Origin: Callorhinchus milii
Lineage: Eukaryota
Direction of reading: 5' to 3'
Assembly: GCF_018977255.1 (NCBI RefSeq)
Contig: NW_024704743.1
Location: forward strand, 24,244,001 to 24,308,000
Length of the DNA: 64,000 bases
Under the pieces are notes generated by a model that was not told the origin of the DNA, searched no databases, and was given only the letters and a program-made list of their open reading frames with translations. The translations under genes and the position numbers were made by a program. Of the stretch, positions 25,395 to 37,569 are shown piece by piece. Numbering within the stretch: the stretch's first letter is position 1; the number at the start of each line of letters is the position of its first letter.

Positions 25395-26190
25395 CACGTT
25401 GCCCACCTCCATCTGTACCTCACAACAAAAGCAGCCAAAAGCCTTGTCCACACCTTTGTCACTTCCCGACTGGACTATTCCAATGCCCTTCTCGCTGGTC
25501 TCCCCAGCTCCGCAATACACAAAAAAAAATAATCCAGAACTCCGCCACCCAGATTCTCAACCGCACGAAACTTTGTACCCCATCATACCAGTCCTTGCCA
25601 GGCTCACTGGCTCCGAATTACTGAACTGATCGATTTCGAAATCTCTCACTTGATTTGAAATCCCTGCATGCACTCGCACCTGCCTATCTATCCGATTTGT
25701 TTACCCTCCCACTCCTCCACCCACTGCCTCCGCTCGGCTGGCCTCCAGCCTTTTCTTTGTCCCTCTGCTCCACTATCGGTGGCTGTGTCTTCAGCTACTA
25801 CACCCCAGAACTCTGGAACTCTCTCCTTCAATCCCTCTGCCTTGTCCCCTCCTCCCCACTTTCAAATTGTGCCTAAAAACCTTCCTTTTTAAATCGTGCT
25901 TATGGTCACTTCCCCACTTCCTCCTCTCCTGGCACTGTCAAGCGCTCCGGGACGCTACCCGCCTGAATAATAATAATAATCATTGCATTTGATATAGTGC
26001 CTTATCATGTCTTTGAGACATCTCAAAGTGCTTCACCAAATATTACTGTAAATTGACTGTATATTTTGTGGGCGAAACGTGACAGTCAATTGTGCACAGT
26101 AACGTCCCACAAACAGTCTTTGATTGAAGTGACCAATTTATTATTTTATTTTTTGAAGGACACTATATAAATACAAGTTGTTGTTTTTGG
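25395..26190 (+). mobile_element. Decayed L2 3' fragment, tail interrupted by an antisense SINE
   Basis: cacacctttgtcacttcccgactggactattccaatgcc...ctctggaactctctccttcaatcc; tail agcgctccgggacg...tgaa resumes as ggacactatataaatacaagttgttg after 26157. Confidence 0.8.
25968..26153 (-). mobile_element. SINE 3' half inserted in the L2 tail
   Basis: (AAT)n-cattgcatttgatatagtgcc...cccacaaacagtc...gaccaattt is the reverse complement of the SINE tail. Confidence 0.85.
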
Positions 26191-26774
26191 TGTTGTTGAT
26201 GGAGGTTTTATTAAGACTGCCAATAGCGTAACTCTTTTTGTATTGATGATACAAGCCAAGAGGCTTCAAAACACATTTTTATGAATTAATACTAAGGTGG
26301 GCAGAGAACCCCAATACTGCAATAGTACCAGAGCACTGTATAGATATTTTCTTTAAAATAGCATATAGCCAATTGGTGGACTCCACACTGACCTCACCAC
26401 CCAAAGGTGTGTGTGTATAGTATTAAATTGACACTCAGTGTTTTATTGAACAGTAACCAGTGGCAGGGAACGTTTGCCTTGGTCAATTGCGATGGATCTT
26501 GAGAAGAAATTTTATATTTAAAACAGACTAATTTCCATATGGCTAGTTGAGCCTTTCTTAGCGACTATACTACTTCTGAGTCCCTCAATTGGTATTCTAT
26601 TCTCCATTAAATAGACCCTCAAGGAAGAACTGGAATATTTCTACTTGTTTCATTATGAAATGTATAATTAGTACATTTTTTTTAACTGGAGGTTAAAGAG
26701 TCCATAGTAATGAAAACTGTCCACGAGCCTTTGAAAGGAATAAGGATGATCGAAGAAATAACTCTTTCCTCATT

Positions 26775-26832
26775 TTATAATTTCATGGAAATGATAGAGG
26801 CTTCGACCCAGATGGAGACCATTTGGCCCATC

Positions 26833-26865
<33 letters not shown>

Positions 26866-27110
26866 CCTGTTCAACTCCACTGGAGCTTTTTACTGAGCTT
26901 TCCCCATTTTTTATATAAATCCATTCTTCAACTGATCCATTTCCCTTTTAAATCTTGTAACTGATTCAACATCAGTTACCAAGCATTCCATGTCCTAATA
27001 ACCCTTTGTGCAAAAACATTTCTTCCAACCTTCTATTTATGCTTCGAATAATCTTGAATTTATGAACCCCTTAGTGCTAATTCACCCAACAATAGAAATA
27101 ATCCTTCACT
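26775..27110 (-). mobile_element. Decayed CR1 3' fragment containing a (TG)n run
   Basis: ggagaccatttggcccatcg...gcattccatgtcctaataaccctttgtgcaaaaac is reverse CR1 3' sequence; TG repeat at about 26834-26866. Confidence 0.65.
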
Positions 27111-28759
27111 ATGCATCATCCAGCAACTACTTTACTTTCCATGCTCTTTAGGCCACATAAGTGGTAGATACTTGCTTTTCTTATCTGCACTGTACTGTCT
27201 CCAGCACCATCACCACACTAGATTTAGAGGATACTGTAACTCAAAGACCTATTCAGAGAGCACAGTTTACAACAGTCCTTAGAAAGTTAGCTGAGCTGTT
27301 AACAACACAGAACCTTTAATTGGAATGGGCCTGACTTGTCTCGAGAACACAGTTAGTTAATTATAACATAGATAACAAGTGTAGCATAGTTTAGAAAATT
27401 CCCGGGGGTCACAAGCAATCTGTGAACTATGCACTTGAGTATTACTCCCTTAGCCTGTCCATTGCAAAGTCACTGGGCAATGATCTCTGGTCTATTGAAA
27501 CTACACATCAGCACTCCTGTCTGCTGACACAACTTAATGCACTCAAAGCCTCTGAAGGCAATCATAAGGCTTTCAGCCTGAAATTAATATACATTTAAAA
27601 ACCTACTAGTTTATGTTGGTACTTTTGCTTAGAATATGTCCATTTTGCTTCAATTTTATTTCAGGTTATTTGACTGGAAAATAATGGAGCCAACAAATGG
27701 GAATATATATATATAGATACTGTATATTTTTTAAAGTGTCAGCTGACAGAATTCAGAGCTGTGTTTTGGAGGCCACTGAGCCACATTGTTAGTGTAACGT
27801 ATAACCATGTATGAATTAGGTATGATCTGGCAGTGAATAGAGGTAGCAGATGGTCCTTGATGAGTAGTGCATGTGCTGGTGATGTGCTGTAATTATCTAA
27901 AGGCTCTCAATCAGCAAGTGCCCATTTCCCATTTCACATCCATACTGCAATCCTCTTACAAGTAATAGCTCATTGACCCTAAAGAATGTTATACTGTATA
28001 ACCAGATATGATGCCCAACATGGCACCCAAAACTCTGCTCTGTATTCTGTCAAATAACTCTGTAATCCTGCATAGGGACTGATCAGAAGGAGGAAAATTA
28101 AAGCAATGCATCAAATCTGTAATGAAAGCATTTATAGCCCATTTTTCTCCTCGCTGAGTTAAGCTGGTAGCCCGTGAATCAACACTGAAATCTTGTGTGC
28201 TCTGGAATCAGTCCCTAACATGAAGAAAAATATCGGCAGTGAAAATTTGGTGACCGGGGAGGGGTAGGGGAGTGGAGGATTCACTTAAATAGAATTTTAC
28301 ATCATGAAAACGGCCATTCGCCCACCTAGTTCATGCTAGTGTTTATATTTTGTATGCGCCTCCAACCATTCGAAACGCCTCTTCCCTACCCCTCTAGCCT
28401 CTTTCCCTCAAGTATGCCTCACACTTCCTCTTATTAAAATACATTGATCCTTTTTGTTCAAACCACAGCTTGCAGCAGTGAGTTTCACATTCTTGTTACT
28501 TTTTAACGATTGATTGAAAATCGCGATGCTTCTTAACAGATTTGATAATTCCCTAACATGTTGAATCTGTTAAGAAACATGACATTCCTCACTCCATTTC
28601 ACTCCATTTCATCAATATTTCATCAATGTTAATATCATCTGCAGATTCACAGAGCTCTGCAAACACCTTAAGATTCATTCTCGTGGTTTATCACATCACA
28701 GCAATTCGTTGATTGTTGCACTGCTGGGCATATAAACCCTGTGTGCAAGCAGTTCTCCT

Positions 28760-29907
28760 ATATCGACCTGAGTTTCTGGGGATACAGCAGAGGGGGTTGC
28801 TCTGGCCCATTTGCAAAGTCTAGATCAAGCAGTGAGGTAGTTCTTTGGCCAACCCGGGAAGCGATTGCAGGGAGGGAGAACTCCGGCCTACACTGACCTG
28901 TCGCTAAGCACCTTGGAGGCAGAAGCAATTTCACAGCGGGCATGACTATATGCCAAGACCCTCGCATGAGGATCTGGATTAAGCAGCTGGTGCTGAGTAA
29001 GCCTGTTACCCGGCATTGGACTTGGACCTCGAGAACATCGAGGTGGCTGGCATGTCACAAGCTATCCTGTAAAGATCCTCCTACCACGCTGAAGGCAGAT
29101 GTCCACCAGATAGCTGATGAAAAAACTGAAGTTTGGGGTGGCAGCTGCTGGAAGACATTATCTGCACATGTTTGTGCATCCAGCGCCTGGAATCCACCTT
29201 GATTGGCCCGCAGAGAGGTAAGCAGCTGCTGCTTGATCTCTACAACTCCAGTTGGTGGAACCACCATTCGATGAAAACGGATGCGTGCTTGAGCTGCGGT
29301 CAGGAATATGATGGGAATGCTCTCACATATTTCATGCTGAGCTGGTTGCCCACCAGAAAGCTCACGTACACATAGTGAGGGCTCGATCCCGTACTTGTTG
29401 GATATCACATGACCAATTATCCTCCAAGATGACATGTTTGCTAACAGAATGTCAAAAATGAGTCTCTGTGGCTATCTCGGAAGTCCAGTTTCTGAGGCAG
29501 GCAGGTCGGCAGTATTCCAAAACGCTACTGTCACAGTCAGCCTGGCTCATGGGCAGGAATTGGAAGGGTAGACCAGTTACTGGGGCATGACTTCTTCCCA
29601 CTCAGCTCCCATTAACTCTGCATGCCATGTCCTAATGGGAAGAGTGGTCATAGCTGGACAAGCAGTGGGAAAGCTTGCCAGACAACGCTCTCAACGGCAA
29701 GCTGTGCATTTTTAGCTGGTTAGACTTGAAACCTTGACTAGGTAAGCAGGATGGGTCTCTCCAGGGAGAGAGTGCACATTCCATTCCAATAAACATCTCT
29801 GGAATGTGTTGGTGGGAATGCGTACAATTCTGTTTGGTTTGGATACTCTTAAGCATGGTCATGATTTTTTGCGAATGTGTTAAGACACCTGGCTGGCCNA
29901 AAAAACA
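28760..29907 (+). mobile_element. Family X long copy: 3' part plus a candidate decayed non-LTR ORF2 C-terminus
   Basis: 29410-29907 aligns with family X and ends ggctggcc-n-aaaaaa. Upstream frames give LQSLDQAVR*FFG...TDLSLSTLEAEAISQRA*LYAK and ACLSCGQEYDGNALTYFMLSW (decayed CCHC-knuckle-like). Confidence 0.6.
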
Positions 29908-30181
29908 ATAGCCTTAGACTAAGCCACGTGGTCTTAGCGAAATTTTAGAATCTACTTAAATTAGTTTCCATGATCTGAAATTTCAAGAGCATAGCTTTTA
30001 AGGCTAAGACCATGAGAATTTCAGGCCACTGGTTGGTATCCATGAATTCTACATGTATAGATACTAACTGCATCTGCAGCACAGCTAAATATTTGGAATA
30101 ATAAAAATTTCTGACATCTCCTGGTAGCTAGTTTCAGTGCAGCGTTGACAAGAGATCTGGATGCAAACTCCTCACATTGAG

Positions 30182-30533
30182 GTGGAGTCCTGTAGGGTGT
30201 TGGTTAGAGCACTCGCAGGCGAGTGGACCAGGATTCGCTTCCCAGTCAGGGTAAAACCTTAGGTAATTTTCTTTACTCCATATGCCTTTGTTTTCCTAGC
30301 AGTAAGTAGGAACCTGGTTGTTAGTCGATTGACGGATCACTTTCTGGAAGTAATAATCCCTTAAAAAAAAATAATTTGGTCGACTGTGGGACATTGTTGT
30401 GTGCAATTGACTGCTGCGTTTTGCCCACAAACTATACAGTAAATTTACTTTGCAGTATATATTCTATGAAGCACTTTGAGACATCTCAACAATGTGATAA
30501 GGAGCTATATCAAATGCAAGGATTATTATTATT
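30182..30533 (+). mobile_element. tRNA-headed SINE, long form
   Basis: ggagtcctgtag...tggttagagcactcgc; CORE-like cctagcagtaagtaggaacctggttgttagtcgattg; tail gctatatcaaatgcaaggattattatt. Confidence 0.88.
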
Positions 30534-31089
30534 GTCTTTTGGTAAGGAGATGGATAGGGAGTGACTAAAGATAGGAAGAAAAAATCAAGCACATCAAAAA
30601 GAATTGGTTTAAAGGAAGCAAAAGTAAAAACAAAAACACAACAGGCACTTCTCGTGCTGATGCTCTATTGTAATAAGTTACATCCATGATACAAAGCTGC
30701 CAGCACAATTCCCTTTACAGTATTGTGGACATTTCCTAAACAGGTTCTATTCTGATTAAATAGTGTCCTTTATCTGGGCATTTTCTGCAGTGGAGAAATA
30801 AGTAAATCAGTTATAATTACCCAATTATTTTTCACTGGGTGGAAAAATAACCACCAGCAAAATTTTATTGCACCACTGAAAGAAAATGAGGCATTTGATA
30901 ATTTGCACAATGAATTACTGAATTGCACATTCATGGATTCTGGAACTTACAATTCTTACAAATCATTTCTAAACGACTATTGTAAAGGTTAATCCAATAA
31001 TTTCGGAAAATTACATATAGTAAACTGATAACTCGTCACTCCAAGGCAAAAGGGCTCAGTGATCAGTTACCCAGGGGGGCGAATTTGGC

Positions 31090-31092
<3 letters not shown>

Positions 31093-31124
<32 letters not shown>
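31093..31124. repeat. (TA)n microsatellite
   Basis: About 16 TA units. Confidence 0.95.
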
Positions 31125-31127
<3 letters not shown>

Positions 31128-31240
31128 CATGCAGCTATGATATTGACAGCATGATGACTTAAGTTGTAATGATAAGTTAAGCAAGACAAGAGAAGTTAAA
31201 TTAAGTTAAGTTAACAGGAGATTACATTACCTTATTATTA

Positions 31241-32147
31241 AACAACAACAACAAGATTCCATTTATTGAGCGCCTTTCACGTCGGGAGGACGTCCCAAGG
31301 CGCTGTACAGTTGGGTCAGGACCTGAGCAGGGGGGGAAATGGTCAGGGTGAGGGGAGGGAAGGGAGGGAGCGAGGAGGGGGTAGAGAGTCGAGAGGGGAG
31401 CCGAAGGCACGGTCAAAGAGAAAGGTCTTGAGACCAGCCTTGAAGGAGGAAAGAGAGGAAGCGGCGAAGGCACTGGGGGATAGAGTTCCAGAGCCTGGGG
31501 GCTGAGAGGCTGAAGGCCCGGCCACCGATGGTAGGGCGGTTGGGGCGGGGGATGTGGAGGAGATCGGAGCCAGAGGAATGGAGGGTACGGGCAGGTAGGT
31601 AGGGGGATAGTAGGTCGGAGAGATAGGAGGGATCATGGCCGTGAATGGCCTTGTAGGTGAGGATGAGGATCTTGAATTCGATCCTCTGGGGGATGGGGAG
31701 CCAGTGGAGGCGAGCGAGGGTGGGAGTGATGTGGTCGCGAAGCCTGGTGCGGGACAGTACACGAGCTGCAGAGTTCTGAATGAGCTGCAGCTTGTGGAGG
31801 GAGGTGCCGGGAAGGCCGGCGAGGAGAGAGTTCCCGTAGTCCAGCCTTGAGGTGATAAAGGCGTGGACCAGAGTTTCAGCAGCGTGAGGGATGGGGTAGT
31901 GCCGTAGTCTGGCGATGTTCCGGAGGTGATGGAAGGCGGTGCCAGTTGTGGCGCGGATATGAGGGAGAAAGGACAGCTCAGGGTCGAACAGAACACCGAG
32001 GTTCCTGACCTGCTTTGAGAGGTGGAGAGTGCAGCCTTGGATGCTGATGCTGTCAGCGCCTGAGGTGCGGAGGCACTGACTCGAGCCAATCAGGAGGGCC
32101 TCAGTTTTATGCACGTTGAGCTGAAGAAAGTTGTCTCTCGTCCAGGA
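31241..32147 (-). mobile_element. Young 5'-truncated L2 LINE (ORF2 C-terminus nearly intact)
   Basis: ORF 31413-32114: KTEALLIGS...VRNLGVLFDPELSF..HI...ETLVHAFITSRLDYGNSLLAGLP...LQLIQNSAARV...HITPTLARLHWLPIPQRIEFKIL...GGRAFS.SAPRLWNS; intact stem-loop and (GTT)n tail. Confidence 0.95.
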
Positions 32148-34204
32148 TTAAACATTGTAATTAAACATTTATTTAATTTACATCATTATCAAATTTATTT
32201 TTTTTGAATGCTAGTTTCAAACATTATTTCAGTACAGCGATGGTAAAGAATCAATGTTCTGGTAAACAGAACCACAGTACAGCTAAAGAACAAATAATAT
32301 GTATTAAATTGTAATATATAAGCTGCGTGACCTTTTGGTCTTGTTAGAGACTCTTATTTCAACTAGGATTTTAGACTTGATGTAATCTTGTTGTGGTTAA
32401 CGTTTGCAAAAATTCATAACGACAGGCAGAGCTAACAGAAATCTATCTTCCCCAAAACACCACCCTCTCCCACCCATCCACATAAATATAAGGCTGGGAA
32501 AACTTATGCCCCCATATAATAATCTTTGCATTTGATATAATACCTTATCACATCCCTGAGATGTCTCAAAGTGCCTAACAGGATTTGTGCAGTGACTGTG
32601 CATTTGAAGGCAAACTTGGCAGGCAATTTGCACACAATATTGTTCCACAAACAGCCGCAAAGTGAAATAGCAATTTTATCACACCCACCCCCACACATGC
32701 ACACACACACATACACATGCGCACAAATATAAAGACAGGCAGAATCCCACATATACATACGCACAAAAATACACACAGACATACATCAAAATCAGCAGCA
32801 CGAATTGTATTATTTTCTTATTAATTTACTGCCGATGATCACCCAATAAATTTGTATTGATTAGGTGACAATCATGAACTTGTTGGTGTGAACAGCATCA
32901 CATAGTAAGTACTATGAGACCAGCTGTAAGGGTCTCCACCCCTCCTGCCACCATTTACATTATCTCATCTCAGGCTTCAGATCATAGTCATGGTTACTCA
33001 CTGCTCAAAATTCATTCACTCTTGGATTGTGAGATGATTTGAGCCCTTCAATTGGATTATTGCCCTGCAATCATTCCCAGATATCCAGTGTTCTACAGAT
33101 AACCCATCTCAACCTTTTGATTAGATTACAGTGTTGAGATCATTCCCAGATAACAATTAGTTTTTTTATAAGCCATCAAGATCCGAAATTCAATCCACTT
33201 TTAGCCTCAAGACGTTTGTCTTAAAATTTCGGAATATGCAAAATTTCGCCAAATTCTTTTCAATCTCGAAGCCAGTTCTCCTCAGTTCTTTTCAAGAAAA
33301 ATGTAACCCATCGACTAAATTACCCCTTCTATTAATTTCCAGGTATACGTATTTCCTATTAAAAACATTTCTCGCTCTGCTTCACTCAGTACTATGAACC
33401 GCTCACCAACTGTGAGGGCTGCTAAGTGACTTGCTTCAAAGCTTCGGTCAATGCTGCCACATTACTGACTATCAGAAGTTCAGCATCAGGGTAAGATTTG
33501 CTGTCCTCTATTGCTCATGTTCAGCCCCTTATTTATAAGGTTCCTATAAATAATAAGCAGAGCAGAGCCTAATATCACTTTCATTTCCTTGTGGTTGCTT
33601 AAGGCACTTCTCATCCCTTCAGACCTATCTTTCCAACTGAGGTTTGGGCCACCTTACCCCCACCCCGGCACTTCAGCTACCCCACCCTCAGCTCAGGCAC
33701 CCGATCAGCTATGTGAAATGATTTGAGATATCCTCTCAATGTGGAAAGTGCTATTGAGGGAGTGAAATAGTCAATTATTGAGCAAACTTCCATGGCAGTT
33801 AACTTGCCACCAGTGAAGACCAGAGGAACTTGGTTTCCACAATAGGTCATGTTAAATAGTGGGAGAGATCGCCCAAGAATACTTTGAGGTTCTTTCATGA
33901 CTCGTGCTTTACTGATTTTGTAGAAGTTAACGATTCTGCAGTTAGATTGTCTGAATACAGAGCTTGTCCACAATCTTCCTTTGTAAAGACTGACAAATAA
34001 TTTCTTTAACATGGCTGTCATTTCCATATCTGCTATAATATCTGCTATAATATTTCTATCCAATTTATCCTTGAAGGATCATTCTGGACTTTAACTTTCG
34101 AAGATCTCCATACAGAGCAATGACTTTTGAGCCTTTGATACACCCCCAATTCACTTTTCTAAAGTCCATTTTTCTTTACCAACATTAATTGTGTTTTGAT
34201 TAGA

Positions 34205-34835
34205 CAGAAGCCTGCCCCACACACTGAAACCCATCATCATGCTTATCCATTCTCCAATTTTCCCTTGTCTGAAATGGAGTGCCTACTCATTCCCTGGAGA
34301 GTCCTGTAGCTCAGTGGTTAGAGCACTCGCTTTGCAAGCGAGAGACCTGAGTTCAATTCCAGGCAGGTCAGGGCGAAACCTTAGGCAAGTTTCCTTACTC
34401 ACACGCCTAATAATAATCCCTCCAAAAAACAAAAACAATAATTAATTTGGTCATTTTCAATCTAGCGACTGTTTGTGGGACAACGCTGTGCACAATTGGC
34501 TGCCGCGTTCGCCCATAAATATACAGTCAATTCACTTTACAGTATCCTGTGAAGCGCTTTGGGACGTCCTCCCGACGTGAAAAGCGCTATATCAACTGCA
34601 AGGATTAAGAGTATGCACTCTCCCTACTTACCTAATTCTGGAAAGTATGGTTGGTAGAAGACAACGCTTGGGGACCCCAGAGTGTGGTTTGAGGTACTAT
34701 TTAAGTTTAACCAGCTAAAACCACATGATTTATCATTGTGAGTATTGTGTGGCAAGTTTCCTGCTGCTTGTCCAGCTAGGACCATCCTACCCATTAGGGC
34801 TTTGGTATGAAGGGTTAAAAGGAGTGAGTGGTAGA
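34205..34835 (-). mobile_element. Decayed family X copy split by a SINE
   Basis: gaaacccatcatcatgctta (about 34226) and cttacctaattctggaa...ggggaccccagagtgtg...cattagggctttgg (34625-34805) flank the SINE in family X order. Confidence 0.65.
34297..34607 (+). mobile_element. tRNA-Ala-headed SINE, short young form
   Basis: gagtcctgtagctcagtggttagagcactcgctttgcaagcgagagacctgagttcaattcc...agcgctttgggacgtcctcccgacgtgaaaagcgct. Confidence 0.92.
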
Positions 34836-35137
34836 ATAGAAGAATTCACATAATAGTGTTTTGTTTTGGTTCTTGTTTCATTACCTTTTCTACTTAATCT
34901 GTTAACCACAGAGAGTTATTCCACAACTTTGCTAACATGTTTTGAACTGCCAGCAACTTAATGCTAATTGTATTCACAGCATAGTGTGCAAGTAGGTAAT
35001 TGTATCAGTGGAACAATAAAAAAAATCACAATACAAGTGAAGATAGATTATCCGCAAACAGGGTAAGTATTTAAACCTATATGTGCATTTGCACCAGTGA
35101 ATGAGTGGACAAATTAACATGTAATGTTGAACTATAC

Positions 35138-35356
35138 CTTTTGGCTCTTCTGCTTGCTTGGCAAGTTTTCTAAGTGCTGCAGCAAAACTGGCTGTATGGC
35201 TTCCCCTGCTGTTTGGTGTCCCATGAGCAGACTGGCTCCCATTTGTAACAATAGGTCCATTCAGTGAGGAAGGAGTTAAGGGGTTCACAGTCGCTGTGGT
35301 CCTTTGTGCTGCTGAAACCATCCCAACAGAAGATGACTTTGGCTCATGGCTCATGC
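35138..35356 (-). CDS. GSE1: GSE1 (genetic suppressor element 1 / KIAA0182)-family coding exon, equivalent to human exon 2
   Basis: Minus strand reads tttatttccag|GC ATG AGC CAT GAG CCA...GAG CCA AAA G|gtatag; 219 nt, phase 1-1. Peptide [33 protein letters not shown]...[17 protein letters not shown] matches the recalled human GSE1 N-terminus ([33 protein letters not shown]...[17 protein letters not shown]). Orthologue versus paralogue is unresolved. Confidence 0.93.
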
Positions 35357-36989
35357 CTGGAAATAAAGACAGTCACAATAATCAGTCTGTTTCATCTCCT
35401 TAACACTCCTGATTAAATCCATCAACTGCATTCCTTGGAAACCCTATATATTTTCTTTTTTACTGAATCACAAATTTCAGTCAGATTATAATACAGATGA
35501 AAGATGCTGGAAAGCAAAGTACTCCCCTGAAGTCCAGAAATCGCAGTATCGCTGCCACAGGTTTCAGGGCTTTTTTGCTTTACAGCGGTTTCACGCTATT
35601 TGTGTTTCAGTAGACTCAGGAAATCCTTCAAGTGCTGCAGAGCCGAAACAGCTGATAAGTAGACAAAGGCCACGCTTCATGCCTCGCTCCTTTAATCACC
35701 TTAAGGTTTACTGTATATAGCCGACAATCAGTCACATGGTGGTTCAAGACCATGATAATCCCAGGGCTTTCTGAAGTGTCTTTAAACTGATATTAAGCTT
35801 TTATTCTTATACACAGGAAACATGCATTGATATTCTTAAATCGTCTCTCTTTCTCATTCTTAAAATTAGCTGGAGACGAACATGGATAACATTTGTATTT
35901 GGCACGCGCGCTGTTTTAATCCGCTTGTTAAGAGCAAAGAAAGCCTGCTAAATTCCTATTGAAAACAATGGTATTTTCTGAAACCTGTTGGTGGGATAGG
36001 TTTATACTTTGGCCTAGATGCCTCTCTTGTGAAATACAGGAGTAAAATCCGCAGTGTTTCATAACCTACTGAGAAATATCATAAATTCTACCTCATAAAT
36101 TGATTCTGGAACTACTTTTTAATCACCTGGAAGAATGGAATTGCCAAGAATGAATTTGTTTGACAACATTAGCACGAGACACCCTGCCCTAGCCCGATCC
36201 TTTCAGGGATAAGTGGCAAATTAGGATGAGAGAGCATTTCAGGATGAAGATGGGTCGGTTCGTTCAATAGATTTTTCGACTTTGCTCTTTGCTGGAGTCA
36301 GAGGTTGAAGCAATCAGGTTCAACAAATGAAGACTGCAGAGTGCTTCCTGCCAGTGGCGTAAAAAAACACTGGTGCAAAAATCTAACATTTTGCTTATTT
36401 GACCATCTCTCTCTCCCTGCCAAAGAGAATGCATGATGCGGCTGTACAACAATGGGGAGTGAGAGAACACGCGTCTTTCCACTACCAATGGGTTGATCCC
36501 CCATAACCTAGTGGGCCTTGGCACGACTGCAACAATTGCCACATTGTAGTTACGCCTCTGCTTGCTGCATTCCCTGTGTGCCTGTCACTCTGATTTGCTT
36601 GGTATAGACAGAGGCCCTTCAACAAAGTATGGCATGTTGTGGCCTGTGGGTAAAAGGCGTATCAGAAGCCAACTGAACTATAGGGAGGTCAGGAAAACAC
36701 ATCGTGAGGAATGCCAAGTTAGATATAAAAGGAGGTACTTCTTCACATAAGGAATCCTCAATTACCACACTGACAGAGTTTTCTGTTTGAGTGCGCAATT
36801 TAAAATTTTAAAAAATTGGCCAAAACTTTATGGAAAATGTGCTGAAATCATGAAGACTTTGCTGAACAATGCTATTCATCTGCAAGTATACATTTATACG
36901 TCTCACCAAGGTGCTTGTTTAGAAAGGTGACTGGTTACTTTTCCTCACAGGACAAACTGCTTTACAACATAAAGGAGGCGGTGGCATAA

Positions 36990-37435
36990 AGCAACTTAAA
37001 GAGCTAAACCTCTAGAGGAGGCAGCAATGGAATTATTTAGACCAGAAAAGCAATGCAAGGATAGAAAACTTTGAAAGAGGAGCTAGGACCCCCCGATGAC
37101 AAAACCCCTGAAGAAATAAGGAGCATGAATCCCGATGCTTTGCATTATACACGGACTCAATGGAAGGATATTGCAAGGCAAGCATTCACAAAAGCCTTTG
37201 TGTCCCACATATGCTGCAAAGCAAGGTATGGGGATGACCTTTGCTGTTGTAGTACAATTCCTCGCTTTGTTTTCTCTTTGCTCTTTGCTGGAGTCAGAGG
37301 TTGAAGCAATAGAACAAACAATGGGGCCTCAGTTGCCCAACATGCAACTATCACCTCCAGCTACAGACCTTGAACTCAACAGCTTATATCCAAGCTTTGA
37401 AGGGAATTCAGATACATGGGAGGAAGCATGAGGTA
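36990..37435 (+). pseudogene. Candidate decayed Myb/SANT-like ORF of a Harbinger transposon
   Basis: Broken frames give RAKPLEEAAMELF...EELGPPDDKTP...TRTQWKDIARQ...CKAR/KVW.DDL, resembling the RAPRF...W.EIA...C.K.WNDL pattern; adjacent and convergent to the transposase relic. Confidence 0.45.
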
Positions 37436-37569
37436 AGTCACAAAGCATCGGGGGGGCTGGAGCTCAACTGGGAGAGAGCTCAGACTATCGATGAACAAGG
37501 TGTGCTAAGGTGGAGCCAGCATCTGATGTGGACCTAGGAGGACCATGCTGTGAAATGCATTCTTTTGAC

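Noticed and set aside
34974..35137. C-terminal extension of the 126-aa ORF ([11 protein letters not shown]...)
   Set aside because: Read-through into the intron past the GT donor at 35137; homology stops exactly there.
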